A stretch of DNA of 38,227 nt from Tricharina praecox. Lineage: Eukaryota. The notes beneath the pieces were generated by a model. That model searched no databases, had not been told where the DNA came from, and saw only the letters and a list, made by a program, of their open reading frames with translations. The position numbers and the translations under genes are program-made. Location: positions 620,001 through 658,227 of the forward strand of contig NW_026250425.1 of assembly GCF_024521635.1 (NCBI RefSeq), in the 5' to 3' direction. Positions 12,258 to 23,490 of the stretch are shown here, piece by piece. Position 1 is the first letter of the stretch. Each line of letters starts with the position of its first letter.

Positions 12258-12848
12258 GGTTCCGCGCTCGGAACCAGAGGAGCGGACCGTCACCGATCGA
12301 TGATGGATGTTGTTATTGCATGACATACTACCGCTTGACGAGACGCGTCTCGAACCAAGTACCCAGGATTCGTGTCCAACCGTCAACGGGGCTGCAGTGT
12401 GCAGGAATGACCTTTTCTTCTTCTTGCAGTGTACATACGCGCGCGCGGGGAGCGGACAGCAGCGTCGACATGATAGAGCATGTGCTACAGATGACAGTTA
12501 CCTGGAGAATCGTCGCGTCTCGCCTGGTCTCGTCGGATCGTTTCGGATTCCGGGCTTTGATTTTCTACGCGGTTTCTACGGGAACGAGGACGGGACTCGG
12601 ATGGAGACGAGGACGAGGACTATGATACGATAGGTACATCTGCACTATACGGCTCGAGCTGTCTGGCTGATACTTTTCTGACCGACTGCCCGCTAGCCAG
12701 GCCCATGTCGTGTTTGAAGCAGATAAAGATTCAGATGAGTTTGAAGTAGACCAACGATAGAGTACTACCGTATGATGGTATAGAAGTGGTTCTGTTCGCT
12801 ATAGTATAGAAGCGTTCGTCAGGTCCGTTCGGCTCGTGTTGGTGGATA

Positions 12849-12961
12849 TCCAGTCAGCTTCAGCCAACGGGGAGTGGGCGTTCCAGTCAGCTCAGCCAAC
12901 GAGGGAGTGGCCGTACCTGCCCATGTTCTCCCGTTCTCCCGTTCTCCCGTTCTCCCGTTCT
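12849..12961. repeat. Imperfect 33-bp direct duplication followed by (GTTCTCCC)x4.5
   Basis: TCCAGTCAGCT..CAGCCAACG..GGAGTGG occurs at 12849 and 12882; an 8-bp tandem runs 12925-12961. Confidence 0.75.
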
Positions 12962-14728
12962 TCTCCCCTCATTCGGCTTGGGTTCCCCAGAGAGAGGGCA
13001 TCTACTACTAGGGATGTTCTGCAACTCCTCCACGCACCACAACTACAACTATCACCACAGCAACGGACAGGGGTCCTACTTAATGGAGGAAGGTCACCAG
13101 GCTAGCTATCGTGTGGACATGGGTCGGCGACGCTACCAACAACCACTGAAGTTCGTGAGTAGCGCGAGTTAGCTCGATTTAATCTGGATCACAACAAACA
13201 TGCTGATTGGATGAAAGCGTCAAAGACAGGGTACAAACCATGTCACTGTCTCTAACGCTTGTCTCTTGCAGTATCGCTCAATTGTGCACGGCCGCGCCAC
13301 CGCTCCATAGTTTTATTTCGTGTTTTGTAGTTCTAGTTGTAGTTCCAGTTCGCAGTTTGGGTTGCAAAACCTCCCACTTCTCACCAACCAGCTAACCCCA
13401 TCTGACACCCCTGGATAGTTGTAGTTGCGGTGCGTCGAGTCTGCAGAACGTCCCTACTGCTAGTAGATACGTACTCCAGAGGACTCTTCAGCTGCCGTTC
13501 CAACCTCCAAACGCTGAAGGGGGGAAAGTCATGTTGGTCGGATACACAGCTACCACCCGCCATGGTTCCAACCAGTGCTGAGTGCTCTCGTAGCGGTGCC
13601 AACCCCGGCACAGCCGTAATCATGCTGTTACTAGACAACTCCTAATCTAGACTCTCCTCTAGACTCTAGACTCTAGCTGCACCTCCCACCCGGTAAACCC
13701 AGCCATGTCGCAACCCTCTGTCCCTGACGATTCCCTGTTGTTTTCTTCGCCGTGTGGCGTCCGCGCCCCCCCGGCTGGCCGCACGACCAACGCACGTCGC
13801 ACATCGCACGTCGCCCTCTGGCTGGCTGGATGGATGGATTGCTGGCTGGTTGGCTATCTTTACCTTCGATCGTCAACGTGGAAGATCTCCTCCGCCATCA
13901 TCACCACCATCGTTGTCTTCGGCCGTCTTGTTCTCGAAGTCTTCTCTGCATCATCACCCCCCCACCGTGCTTGCTGCCATCTCAGCCCCACTTTGAACCG
14001 CTACTTAAGTCCTGTCGCGATCCGGAAGCGACTGAGCTCTCCGTACCCTTCGCCCGCAGTCCCTCCCATCGAACCAGCTTCCCCCGTGCTTTTTTTGACG
14101 CCGTTCTTCACCGCCGCTCCCGCTCCAGGAAAAACGAAGCCCGCCCGTGCCAAGTTCACGTAGAGAACTCCCGGACATCTTGGTAGAGAATATCCAATCT
14201 CCCCTCCCTTGGCGAGTTCCGAACTAAGCGCAACGGATGGCTTCAAGATTAAATAGGGGAAAGCCCGGTCCAGTGGCGCAGCACGCACGCGCCTAAGGGT
14301 AGAGCGGTCAAAGCTCGCGAAAAGGATAGGGAAGGGCTTGGTCTCAGGAGTCAGGAGCTTTTAAATCTTACCCTCCCCTCTTGAACTGACGGTCCGTTGT
14401 TGTTGTTTTGCCTTGCTGTTGTTCGTTCACTTTCACTTTCACAGCTATCCCGCTACATAACCCAACGACACTCATTGAGCTCTCAGCCTCGGCGGTCCCC
14501 CACAAATACTGTAACCACCCACCACCATCACTACCACCACCACCACCCTACGCTCTCTACCATCATAACAACAACTTATCCCTCATTTCCTCCCACTGTC
14601 GCCAATCAACGTTAGAAAGAAAAATACAACACTCCTTCAGCAGAAACCTGTGCCCACTCGCTACAGATCAACAGGCTCCGCTTCAAAATCAACCACTCGC
14701 TCGTTCAATTCTCATCCCATCCTACAAA

Positions 14729-16068
14729 ATGCGTTCAGCTTTCGTTCAGTTGGCCGTTCTCGTGGCCTCCGCTTCGTTGGCTACCGCCCAGACATGGACT
14801 GCTTGCAACCCCATGGAGAAGAGTAAGCTGCTCCCTCTCTATTCCCCACATATATCGCTGTGCTGTACATACCCACCGCCAAGTCATCTGCTAACTCGCC
14901 CTGAATTTAGCTTGTCCTAACGATCCGGCACTTGCTGGAACTTACGACCATGTTTACGGTGGTGCGGCTCCGGACTTCACCACTACTGCCGGTGAAGACG
15001 TGATTAAGTATGGTGGTGCGGATGGTGCCATCTTCCGTGTCGAGAAGAAGCTGGACGCTCCCACGATCGTCAGCAATTTTTACATTATGTGGGGACATCT
15101 GGATGTCACCATGAAGGCGGCCCCTGGTGGTGGTGTCGTGTCTTCGGTCGTTCTCCAGTCCGACAACCTTGACGAAATTGATTGGGAGTGGGTCGGTTCG
15201 AAGCCCGATGAAGCTCAGTCGAACTACTTCGGAAAGGGAAACACCGACTCCTACGACCGTGGAGCTGTTCACCCCATCACCAGCCAGGACGACTTCCACA
15301 CCTATTCGTTCGACTGGACCCAGGAGAAGCTCGATTGGATCATCAACGGGCAGGTCGTTCGCACCTTGAAGCCTGCCGACGTCAAGGGAGACTACTATCC
15401 CCAGACCCCTATGCAGGTCCGCATGGGCTCTTGGGCTGCTGGCGACCCAGGCAATGAGGAGGGTACTATTCGTAAGTTTGCCATCTTTGCTTCTTGTTTT
15501 TTTCTTCCAGATTTGGAGCTCGATAGGGGGAAGAAGAAAGAAAATAGAGTCTAATTGTAAAACAGAGTGGTCTGGAGGTCCGATTAACTACAAGGAGGGT
15601 CCCTACGACATGCTGGTCAAGGAAATCAAGGTCATCGACTACTCGACTGGAACGGCTTACCGCTTCAGCGACAAAACCGGAAGCTGGGAATCGATCGAGG
15701 CTCTGGGAGGAGGAAAGATCGGTGCTGGACCGCAGAGCGGCTCCGGAAATGCTGGCAAGCTCGCCACATCGTCGGCACCCACGTCCGAGTCCACCTCTCG
15801 CCCTGCTCTCACTAAGACTGGAGTTCTGATTCCCACCACCAACACTGCTACGAAGACAGGCGGTTCTAGTGAGCCTACCCCCGGAAGCACGAAAAACAAG
15901 GGTACTGACTCTACGGAGTCCACCCAATCGCCCACCTCGCCATCATCGCCTTCGGTTACTGGATCCGATGAAGTCCTTTACACTGGAGCGGCCAGCAAGT
16001 CCAGTACTATGGGAGGAGCCTTTGTTAGTTTGGCGGCGGGGTTGGTAATTGGGTGGATCCTCATCTAG
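14729..16068 (+). CDS. CRH1: GH16 Crh-family chitin transglycosylase, GPI-anchored cell wall protein, ~385 aa; exons 14729-14822, 14911-15471, 15566-16068
   Basis: Signal peptide, QTWTACNP..CP, catalytic DEIDWEW, QSNYFGKG, YPQTPMQVRMGSWAAGD, Ser/Thr-rich region and hydrophobic GPI signal. Two GT..AG introns restore the frame (1158 nt). Confidence 0.93.
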
Positions 16069-17206
16069 GTACATAACGCTATTGGGGCGACTGCGGAGGA
16101 AGGATAGGTCCAGAGATGTGAGGATTTGTGTGCTTAGAATGAAGGGGGCAAAAAGGTAAATAGATACTATGGATCTTTTTCTCTCTGCGTTTGTCTTGTT
16201 TCGTGTTTTGTGTGTCGCGCGTGGTCTTCTACTTCTTGTATCTTGCATAGCGTTTGGGGGTCCTTTTTTCTCTTTCTTCTTTCTGTTTTAGACGGGCAAT
16301 ATGTGTTTGTGTTTGTGTGTGTGTGCTTTTCTGTTTCTCTCTCTGTCTTTTACGCTGTTGTATTTATGTTTTTTCTTCTCTGTTTTGGGCGAACTACTGT
16401 ACAGGGCATTTTTATTTTTCCATCTGCTTGGAAAGGGAAGCAAGGAAGGAAAGGAAAGGAAAGGGTATATCATAGAAGTCATGATATGGCTAGGTATGAA
16501 TGATTGTCGGTTTGTCGTTTTTGTAATCAGGGATTTTCCCACACAGCTGCATGGCCAGCAGGAAACGTATGGGGATGGGGTCGGAGGTGGATGGATGTTT
16601 GGAGTGGCGAGGGAATTGTATTGTATATGGATGTACGGTGTCTATCTGGGTACATATAATTCAAATCTGTGTATATCTACACTACTCGACCGTCGACTTT
16701 GCGCGTGCGGCTGTGTATGTGTAGGGGCGGTTGCGGCCACTTGCGATGAAATGCTGTTGCTGTGTTTAACAGCAACAGCATGTAGGTCCTGATGTAGGTA
16801 TGTAGTCAGCGGCAGTGGCCTCTAGCGAGCGTGTGTCGTATGTATGCATATGCCGGTATCTATATGTAGACTCGTAGGGCGCGCATCACTGCCACATGGT
16901 GGGGTAGGTGGGGCGGCAGTGAAACCGAGGGGTCGTGATGATATGCTCACACGTGGGTGCGTGTGTGGGTGGGGGGACGGCGGGGGGAATGCATTCTCCC
17001 GTCTCCCGTGGCCGGTACCGGCCTGCACTCTGGATACTATGGATGAAACGTGGCCTTGCGTTGCCCTGCCGGGGTCCGGTGGATGAACGAATGGACGAAC
17101 AGAGGTTACGCCGTTTCACATGGCGGGGTTGGAAGATGACGGGTGGAAGACAATGGACGTCGAAAATGAAAGGGTACATATAAGGGTATTGAGATGGCCG
17201 TACCCA

Positions 17207-17634
17207 GGTTTTGGGTTTTGGGTTCGGGGCGGGGTGGGTTTCGGGGTGGGGTTGAGTGGAGTGGGGCGGGGTGGATCAACGGTGGGAGCCTGGGAGGGAA
17301 TATTCTCTGTATGCCGTAGGGGGATCGTAGCTGGGCTGGGGGAGACGGGGTGGGGGGGGGACGGAGTGGAGGATCGACGAGTGCGCACACGTGAACGTAG
17401 GGGAGACGAAGGTGGGCGATTAAGCGGGCAGGCAGGAGGGCGGTCATCGGCGTTGAGTTACTCGGCGTTGCGTTACTCGGCGTTGAGTTATGTGCCGGTA
17501 CCGGTATTCGGTCGAAACGGAATGGAATAGGATTTGTGCTTCGCACGACTACCACCACGACCATGACCACGAACACGACCACAACCACAACAATGACGAT
17601 GACGATGGCCGTGAAGATGACGATGACTATGACG
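17207..17634. repeat. Low-complexity zone: G-run cluster (17207-17275), 15-bp tandem TCGGCGTTG(A/C)GTTAC x3 (17447-17490), GAC/CAC/GAT trinucleotide tract (~17545-17634)
   Basis: Read directly from the sequence. Confidence 0.8.
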
Positions 17635-20600
17635 GCTGGAGATCTGGAGGTCTGGCGCCTGATGTCGGATATGACCCGATTTAGTGGGTGGTGTGCGAGA
17701 TCGGTGGGAAAGGTACCCTCGGGTCAGCAATGGGGTGCTGTGCTGCTCTGGGGAATCTGGGGATGAGCGTGGGGATAGCCGTGGAGTTCAGCCTGGGCAC
17801 CGAGAGATCGATCGGCGGTACTGGTAGGTACCTGAAGGTACCCTTTTTGTTTTTGGTACTGTTTAATCGTTCGTTGCCTGCGACTTACTTGGGTAGTTGG
17901 ATTATGGCAATACATTATACACACGCACACACACACTCCCACTCACTCCATTTCCATCCTACGCCGCTGTCTAATCCGGCTTTCAGCAAACGGACCGATA
18001 TGGCTTTGTTTAATCATCCTGGCAGTTGACCTCGGGTACTCTGGATCATGGCAGATACGTTATATCCGTTTCCACGCCGCTGGCACCGGCTCGTCACTCA
18101 CCGACCGCTGGCCGCGAGCTCGACACCGGTACGAATTCCTTCCCTCTTGATCTCCGCCCTGCCCTCGCCACTCAACACTGGCACGAAAGTGAGAAAGAAT
18201 GAAAGAAGGTATCCATTACCCCAGCGGCTCAGCTCTTGTCCCTCTTCCCGCCGAACCTCCTGTGAGCTCAAGAGCTCAACTAGGAAACCCAGATCCTCGT
18301 CCCTGCCGCCTATGGGCTGTGTTTTCCAGGTCACCCTGGCCCGCCTCCCCTCGTTTTGTCCTGCATTTTCTTTGTCGCCCTGGTTCTTAAGTTCTCCCTG
18401 TCTATGATCTTGAAGCTGATGCCTGAGTGACTAGGCGGACGGAGTGGGGAGGATGAGGAGTGGCCCGGTCTCTTTCCCAGCATTCGCTTTTTCCGCCCTC
18501 AACGCTCTCGACGACGCCGTCATTCTTGCCCCTACCATCTCCGGCCCCGATAAGGGATCTTCGTTTTCTGCCGCGCCGAGTGCGGGGACTCGTCGTCCGC
18601 CATTCGTGGTGGCTAGGACGCTTAGGATGTTGGGATCGCCTCGCTGCAACCCCGGTTGACAAAGAGATACGGTATCGTGAACCTGCCCTAACGTCTTCAC
18701 CGTTGCCTTTCCAACTACATCCTACACGCTGAGCAGTTCTTGACCAGGTGTTCTGGGGTTGTTGGTTTTGTACATACTGGGACCGCCAGAATTGAGCGGA
18801 AGGGCGGTTTTTGGCCGATTACAGGTATTGGCCAGTTAGTCAGTGTGCGGACTTGAGGTGGGAGAACCGGGCTGCCAAATTCGTGCTGCTCCCCGCTACT
18901 ATTGAATCCAGTACAAGCTGACTTGTCGATAGCTTGTACTTTCTGCTTTTCGGCTTGACCGCCGCCCCGCAGCTGGAGTCTCGCGGCCCGCCACTTCTTC
19001 CCTGTTGCTTCTCGTGTTAGGTTTGCCAGGGACTTTGGTAGTGAGGGGTTTCGCCACATCTAGGAAAGCGTCGTATTCGCTTCACTTCGCTATGTCTGGG
19101 ATTCACCGCTGCTATTTGGCCTCCTTGTCTGCCTCCTTGTTGCCCGGGAAGCCGCAGTGACACTGGTACCATCTTACGTCTACCATCATTTTACCGCCTC
19201 TAGCACCCACGTCTGGCCTGGCCCTGGCCCTGGTGATTACCACACATTCGCAGGCATACACCTCCTGGTTAAAGCCCATGTGCTTTTTGATGCTGAATGC
19301 TCATTGCTTTTCCCATCACTTCCGGGCTAGACATGGGGCTTCCTGACGGGTACCCGTCGCGGCCCGACGACCGACTAATGACCGGCTCGATTAATCTTTT
19401 TGTCCGACTAGGGAACGCTGCACCGGATCGGCGTGAAGGGTCTACGATTATTGAACTTGTGGAGTCTGTTTTCGCAGCGATTCACAGCAAAACCTTTCCT
19501 GTATTCTCGAGACAGTAGCGATTTCAGTTCTGGAATCTAGAGGACAGGTATGTACATACCACAAGAACGCTCGTTTCCCAAAGACCGCGTCTCGTTCTAC
19601 GCCCGGCCAACGAGAGAGTCGGCTGCTGCCAGTGTACCCTGGATGAGGGATGTCCGTCGGTGCAATTCCTCCATGAATATATCATGACTGTGGTCTGCAG
19701 GAGAATTTCGCCTTGGCTGACGCAGTTCTACCTCGGAAGACGTTACGACTCGCTCCCTGACGGACTTGATTTCACTACTGATGCAATCATGGGGAGTCAC
19801 TCGTACTTCAGGACGGTATGGTCCGATCCCCCCATCAGGATACGCTCGATCCTAACCAAGACCCAGGGAAATCAGATCCAAGCTATTATCCAGATAACGA
19901 GGTGTCGCCGAATAAGTAAGGAGGAGGGGGCTATGGAGGCTGGTGGAAAGAACGGAGCACCATTTTGATAAAGTTTGGACGAGTTTGGTGAATATATACG
20001 CGCGAATCAACTAGGTTCCAGAATTCGTCGTCTCCAAGAACAACGAGAGATACGAGACCAGTGACGAAATCTTGGATAGACGTCAGCAAACCGGAGACAA
20101 GGAACTGGTTATCCAGTGTTAGGCACCCACGACGACCATGAATATTATTCCGCATACACTCACGGAAGCCCAGTCTGCCGGTATCCAGCTTGCGGAAGGA
20201 ATTGCGGGGATGATCAGAACAGCGGAAGAAAAGTGCTTATGGATCGCCTCTGCAATCGGCGAGAGCTGGCTGGCCGAGTTACCAACAGCCCCGGCAGCGG
20301 AGACTCCTGCAACGGAAGCCATTGAGGAAGCCGCCAAGAGTCAAGACTCTCTATCTGCTGCACACAGCTATGAAAGAGGTCCGGAACAACATGGCAAAAC
20401 TGTTAGGTGACCTAAAAACTCCCCGCCACAAGGATGGACGGGCAGAGGCGACGGACGATTAGCAGGAGAGCACCCCAACCTCTATCCCCCCCTCCTCTCT
20501 CCCGGGCTTGTGGCTGAAGGGTGGAAGAAGGCGTCGGGAGCAAGAGAAGAACTGCTTAAGGACCAGGAAAAATTGGAGGAAGAACGAGCAACCGACCAAA

Positions 20601-22287
20601 CCGAGCTGGTGCGGCTGAAAGGGTTCGATCTTGAAGACAAAAGACAGTAGATCAAGTACCATGTTGTCAACCGCATGAGATACGCTGTCAGTCTAGACCA
20701 ACTTGAGAGGACGAGAGCATGGAGCTCAGAAACGGGGCCGACGAGGAGGATTGTCAGGACCCAGGAGGTGGCATGGCTTGAAAAGGGGGGAAACCGCGGT
20801 ACAGCTCTGGAAGGAATAACTTCACCACCCCCAGCGGGTCTTCTAGGGTTCGAGAACATGGCATCCATTAGGAAAAATAGGGAACACCGTCTAGTACCAC
20901 CTGGCCCACTAGGCGCTTTAGACGTACCCGTCTCGTTTGGCACCTTCTATAGAGCATACAGTATACACTAGGATGAATAGGGACCACACATGGTACTGCA
21001 GAGCGCACTCCCTGGACGCATACTACACTGTAGCTCAGGTCCTGGGCTCCACTCGTCGATACGTTTGGCCACGGAGGAAGCACGCGTCGGAGTTGGCACT
21101 TGGGAGCTAGAAGGCGGCACGTTTAGTAGACTACATCTGGCGCCCAGTGCCCAGCACCCGGCACAGGACGCAAGACGTTCCTCATCAAAGGCGCCGGTAT
21201 TATTTAAAACCCAGTCGGCTCCCCATCTCATGCGATCACCCTCCCAGCACCCCGGCTGCTTTACAAATGCACACGGCCGCCACTCGCGTCCCTTCTTCAC
21301 TCCCAGCCTCCGCATCCCCTCCCGATCGCCTCCACAAAAGCCAGTTACCATGGCCACCATCGATTCGGCAGTGTGCTCAGCCGCCGCCCTATGTCCTTCT
21401 GCGACGACATAAAAGCAGGAGGTCGTCAGATGGCGCCCTTCGTACTAGCCATCAAAGTTGGGATTGCCAGAGATAATCAGGCAATGTGGAAGTCTGCTTT
21501 GGGATGCCGGCAAGGACGACTGAGCCTCGAAGGCGGAGATCTCGAGTAGCTGGCGCGATACCGCGAACCATCTAGACTAAGGATGGTGTTAAACCTAGGG
21601 AGCTGGCAACTTCATTTCTCCTCATATACATGGGAATACATATCGGTACGGATACAGTCAACGTTTGACTGTTGGCAGGCATCAGGGAACACTGCGAGCG
21701 GCGATCAAACCACACAGGTAGAGTCAATGAAGGAATGACTCTAGTCACGGAGCAGGAATGGCTGAGTCAATCCTAGAAGAGACATTGCGTGATATGTCGG
21801 ATCGCAACATAAGGAAAATATTCAGCTTTTAACCGAGCTTTCGAGGCTTAAAATGCTTGCTAGAGCTTTGTCTTTCGAAAAAAGTACCGAGACATAACCC
21901 TTGATATGCCTTACGAAGTTGGCAACAACTTTATCATGCCTTATGGGGTTTACAAACGATCCGCTTCCAGTAGGTGAATGACCCACCCAGTTAGGTGGCA
22001 ACACAACTCACATAAAGGAATACATTAGTAAAGGTACAGATACCATCAAGTGTAGCATATTCGAAGTCACCCGGGTAGCATTATAAGTGTCACCGCTGCT
22101 GACTGTGGGAAGATGACATTGTATGAATGTTTTTGGTTTGGTGGAATCGAGTAATTGGTATTGGAAGGATTGAACCCCCAAGGGCAAACCTAAAGAGTTG
22201 TTGAGGAGCAGCTAGATGGTTTTGGGGGTAGCGTTAAGTGGGACCTATATCAGGCGGTTGGATTTCTCAACTCCTACTTTCTCACGC

Positions 22288-22696
22288 TGTAATCAAGTAC
22301 ACTGGGAAAGTACTATACCACTCTACCAAAAGGTATTTTGACGGGTGAACATGATCATCCCAATAGCTACTTAAGGCAAGGATTTCTGAACTGTGACAGT
22401 TTCCCCTCTCTAGGGGCTCACTCCAGAAAGCCTTCAAGTAGTTAACCCCCAATGAGTGATATTTCATGAAAACAATCGAAAACCATCATCCACTGTAAGC
22501 CATGCGATTCCTGAACAACCCAATAGCAGAGGAAAGTAACTGCTCGCAGTGGGAATTGAACTCATTTACTTGGCAGCCATCAAACTGTGATAAAGTACAC
22601 TGGAAAAGTACTATATCACTCGACCAAAAGGTATTTTGATAGCTGAAGGCCATGATCCCAGTAGCTATCTAAGGCCAGGATTTCTGTACTGTGACA
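22288..22696 (-). mobile_element. TRIM copy 1 (409 bp, diverged); LTRs 22586-22696 and 22288-22398
   Basis: Colinear with copies 2-5 but carries many substitutions. Flanks CACGC/AATTT do not match. Confidence 0.88.
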
Positions 22697-22698
22697 AA

Positions 22699-22760
22699 TT
22701 TGATGGCTGAAAGCCATCATCCCAGTATTTGATTAAGGCAAGGATTTCTGAACCGTGACA
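22699..22760 (-). mobile_element. Partial additional TRIM LTR (5' half)
   Basis: tttgatggctgaaagccatcatcccag...gatttctgaaccgtgaca matches the LTR 5' half. Confidence 0.75.
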
Positions 22761-22830
22761 AAATGACTTCATGTCAACACTGGGAACTGGCCCGGTTCTA
22801 CACGCTTCCTTTGGTGGATACATTGGTAAT

Positions 22831-22887
22831 TGTCACGGCACGGTCGGACTGGGCTCCAGGTAGACAAGATGGTTGGATGGGTGGACT
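22831..22887 (-). mobile_element. 3' end fragment of a family-B-like LTR
   Basis: Reverse complement ends CTACCTGGAGCCCAGTCCGACCGTGCCGTGACA, like the family B terminus CTACCTGGAGCCTTGCCCGACCGTGCCGTTACA. Confidence 0.7.
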
Positions 22888-22892
22888 GGTGG

Positions 22893-23451
22893 TGTCACGG
22901 CCCGCGACGGAATGACGAAGGGAGGGTCGGCACAAGGATCGGGAGAGTTGGGGGGCAGTGCAAAGGCAGTGCACCGGCAGTGCAAGGATGAGCCGCAGAG
23001 GATTGGGGTCTCTGTGCAGGGAGCAGGGATAGCGCAGTAATGAGACGCAGGAGATTGGGGCTGTGTGCAGGAAGCAGGGGTAGTGCGGCTGCGCAGGGTA
23101 TGAGTCACGGAAGTGGGGTACTGGCAAGGTGGATTTCTCTGGGTCTGGCACACACCCACGGTCATTGTCAGGTTGCTGGAAGAAGTGGAGGATTTCCTAT
23201 ATAAACGGGCCGTTGCCCCTCTGTATTTAGTTCTTCACGCAACAACTTGTTAATTCAAACACTGTTACCTCTGTCCTTACCTCGGCTGCCGTCTGCGCCG
23301 TAGTGCTTGTCCCTGCCTCTGTTCTCAGTTGCCGTCTGCACTGAGCCCTGCCTCACCTTGTCCCCTGAACCCATCTTGCCTCTGCCGAACCCAGAAACCG
23401 ATCCCCAGCCCGACTTCGCTACCTGGAGCCTTGCCCGACCGTGCCGTTACA
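22893..23451 (+). mobile_element. Family B gypsy 5' LTR (559 bp)
   Basis: TGTCAC...GTTACA termini and TATATAAA at 23198. Homologous to the LTRs at 27067, 27582 and 37531. Followed by a PBS-like site and the gag ATG. Confidence 0.88.
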
Positions 23452-23490
23452 CTTTGTTGCGCCCCCTATCTCGCCACCTAGCGAACTACT

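Noticed and set aside
10700..14400. Short ORFs in the long GRH1-CRH1 intergenic region, and Rlm1-like sites
   Set aside because: No coding signature or homology I can recognise. CTAAAATAG near 11940 is one base short of CTA(W)4TAG.
16170..16800. Hydrophobic 'membrane protein' ORFs after CRH1
   Set aside because: Products of T/G-rich low-complexity 3' flank sequence.
18000..22280. Possible gene or degenerate element among many short ORFs
   Set aside because: No recognisable domain, coherent exon chain or terminal repeats. BLASTX or RNA-seq would be needed.
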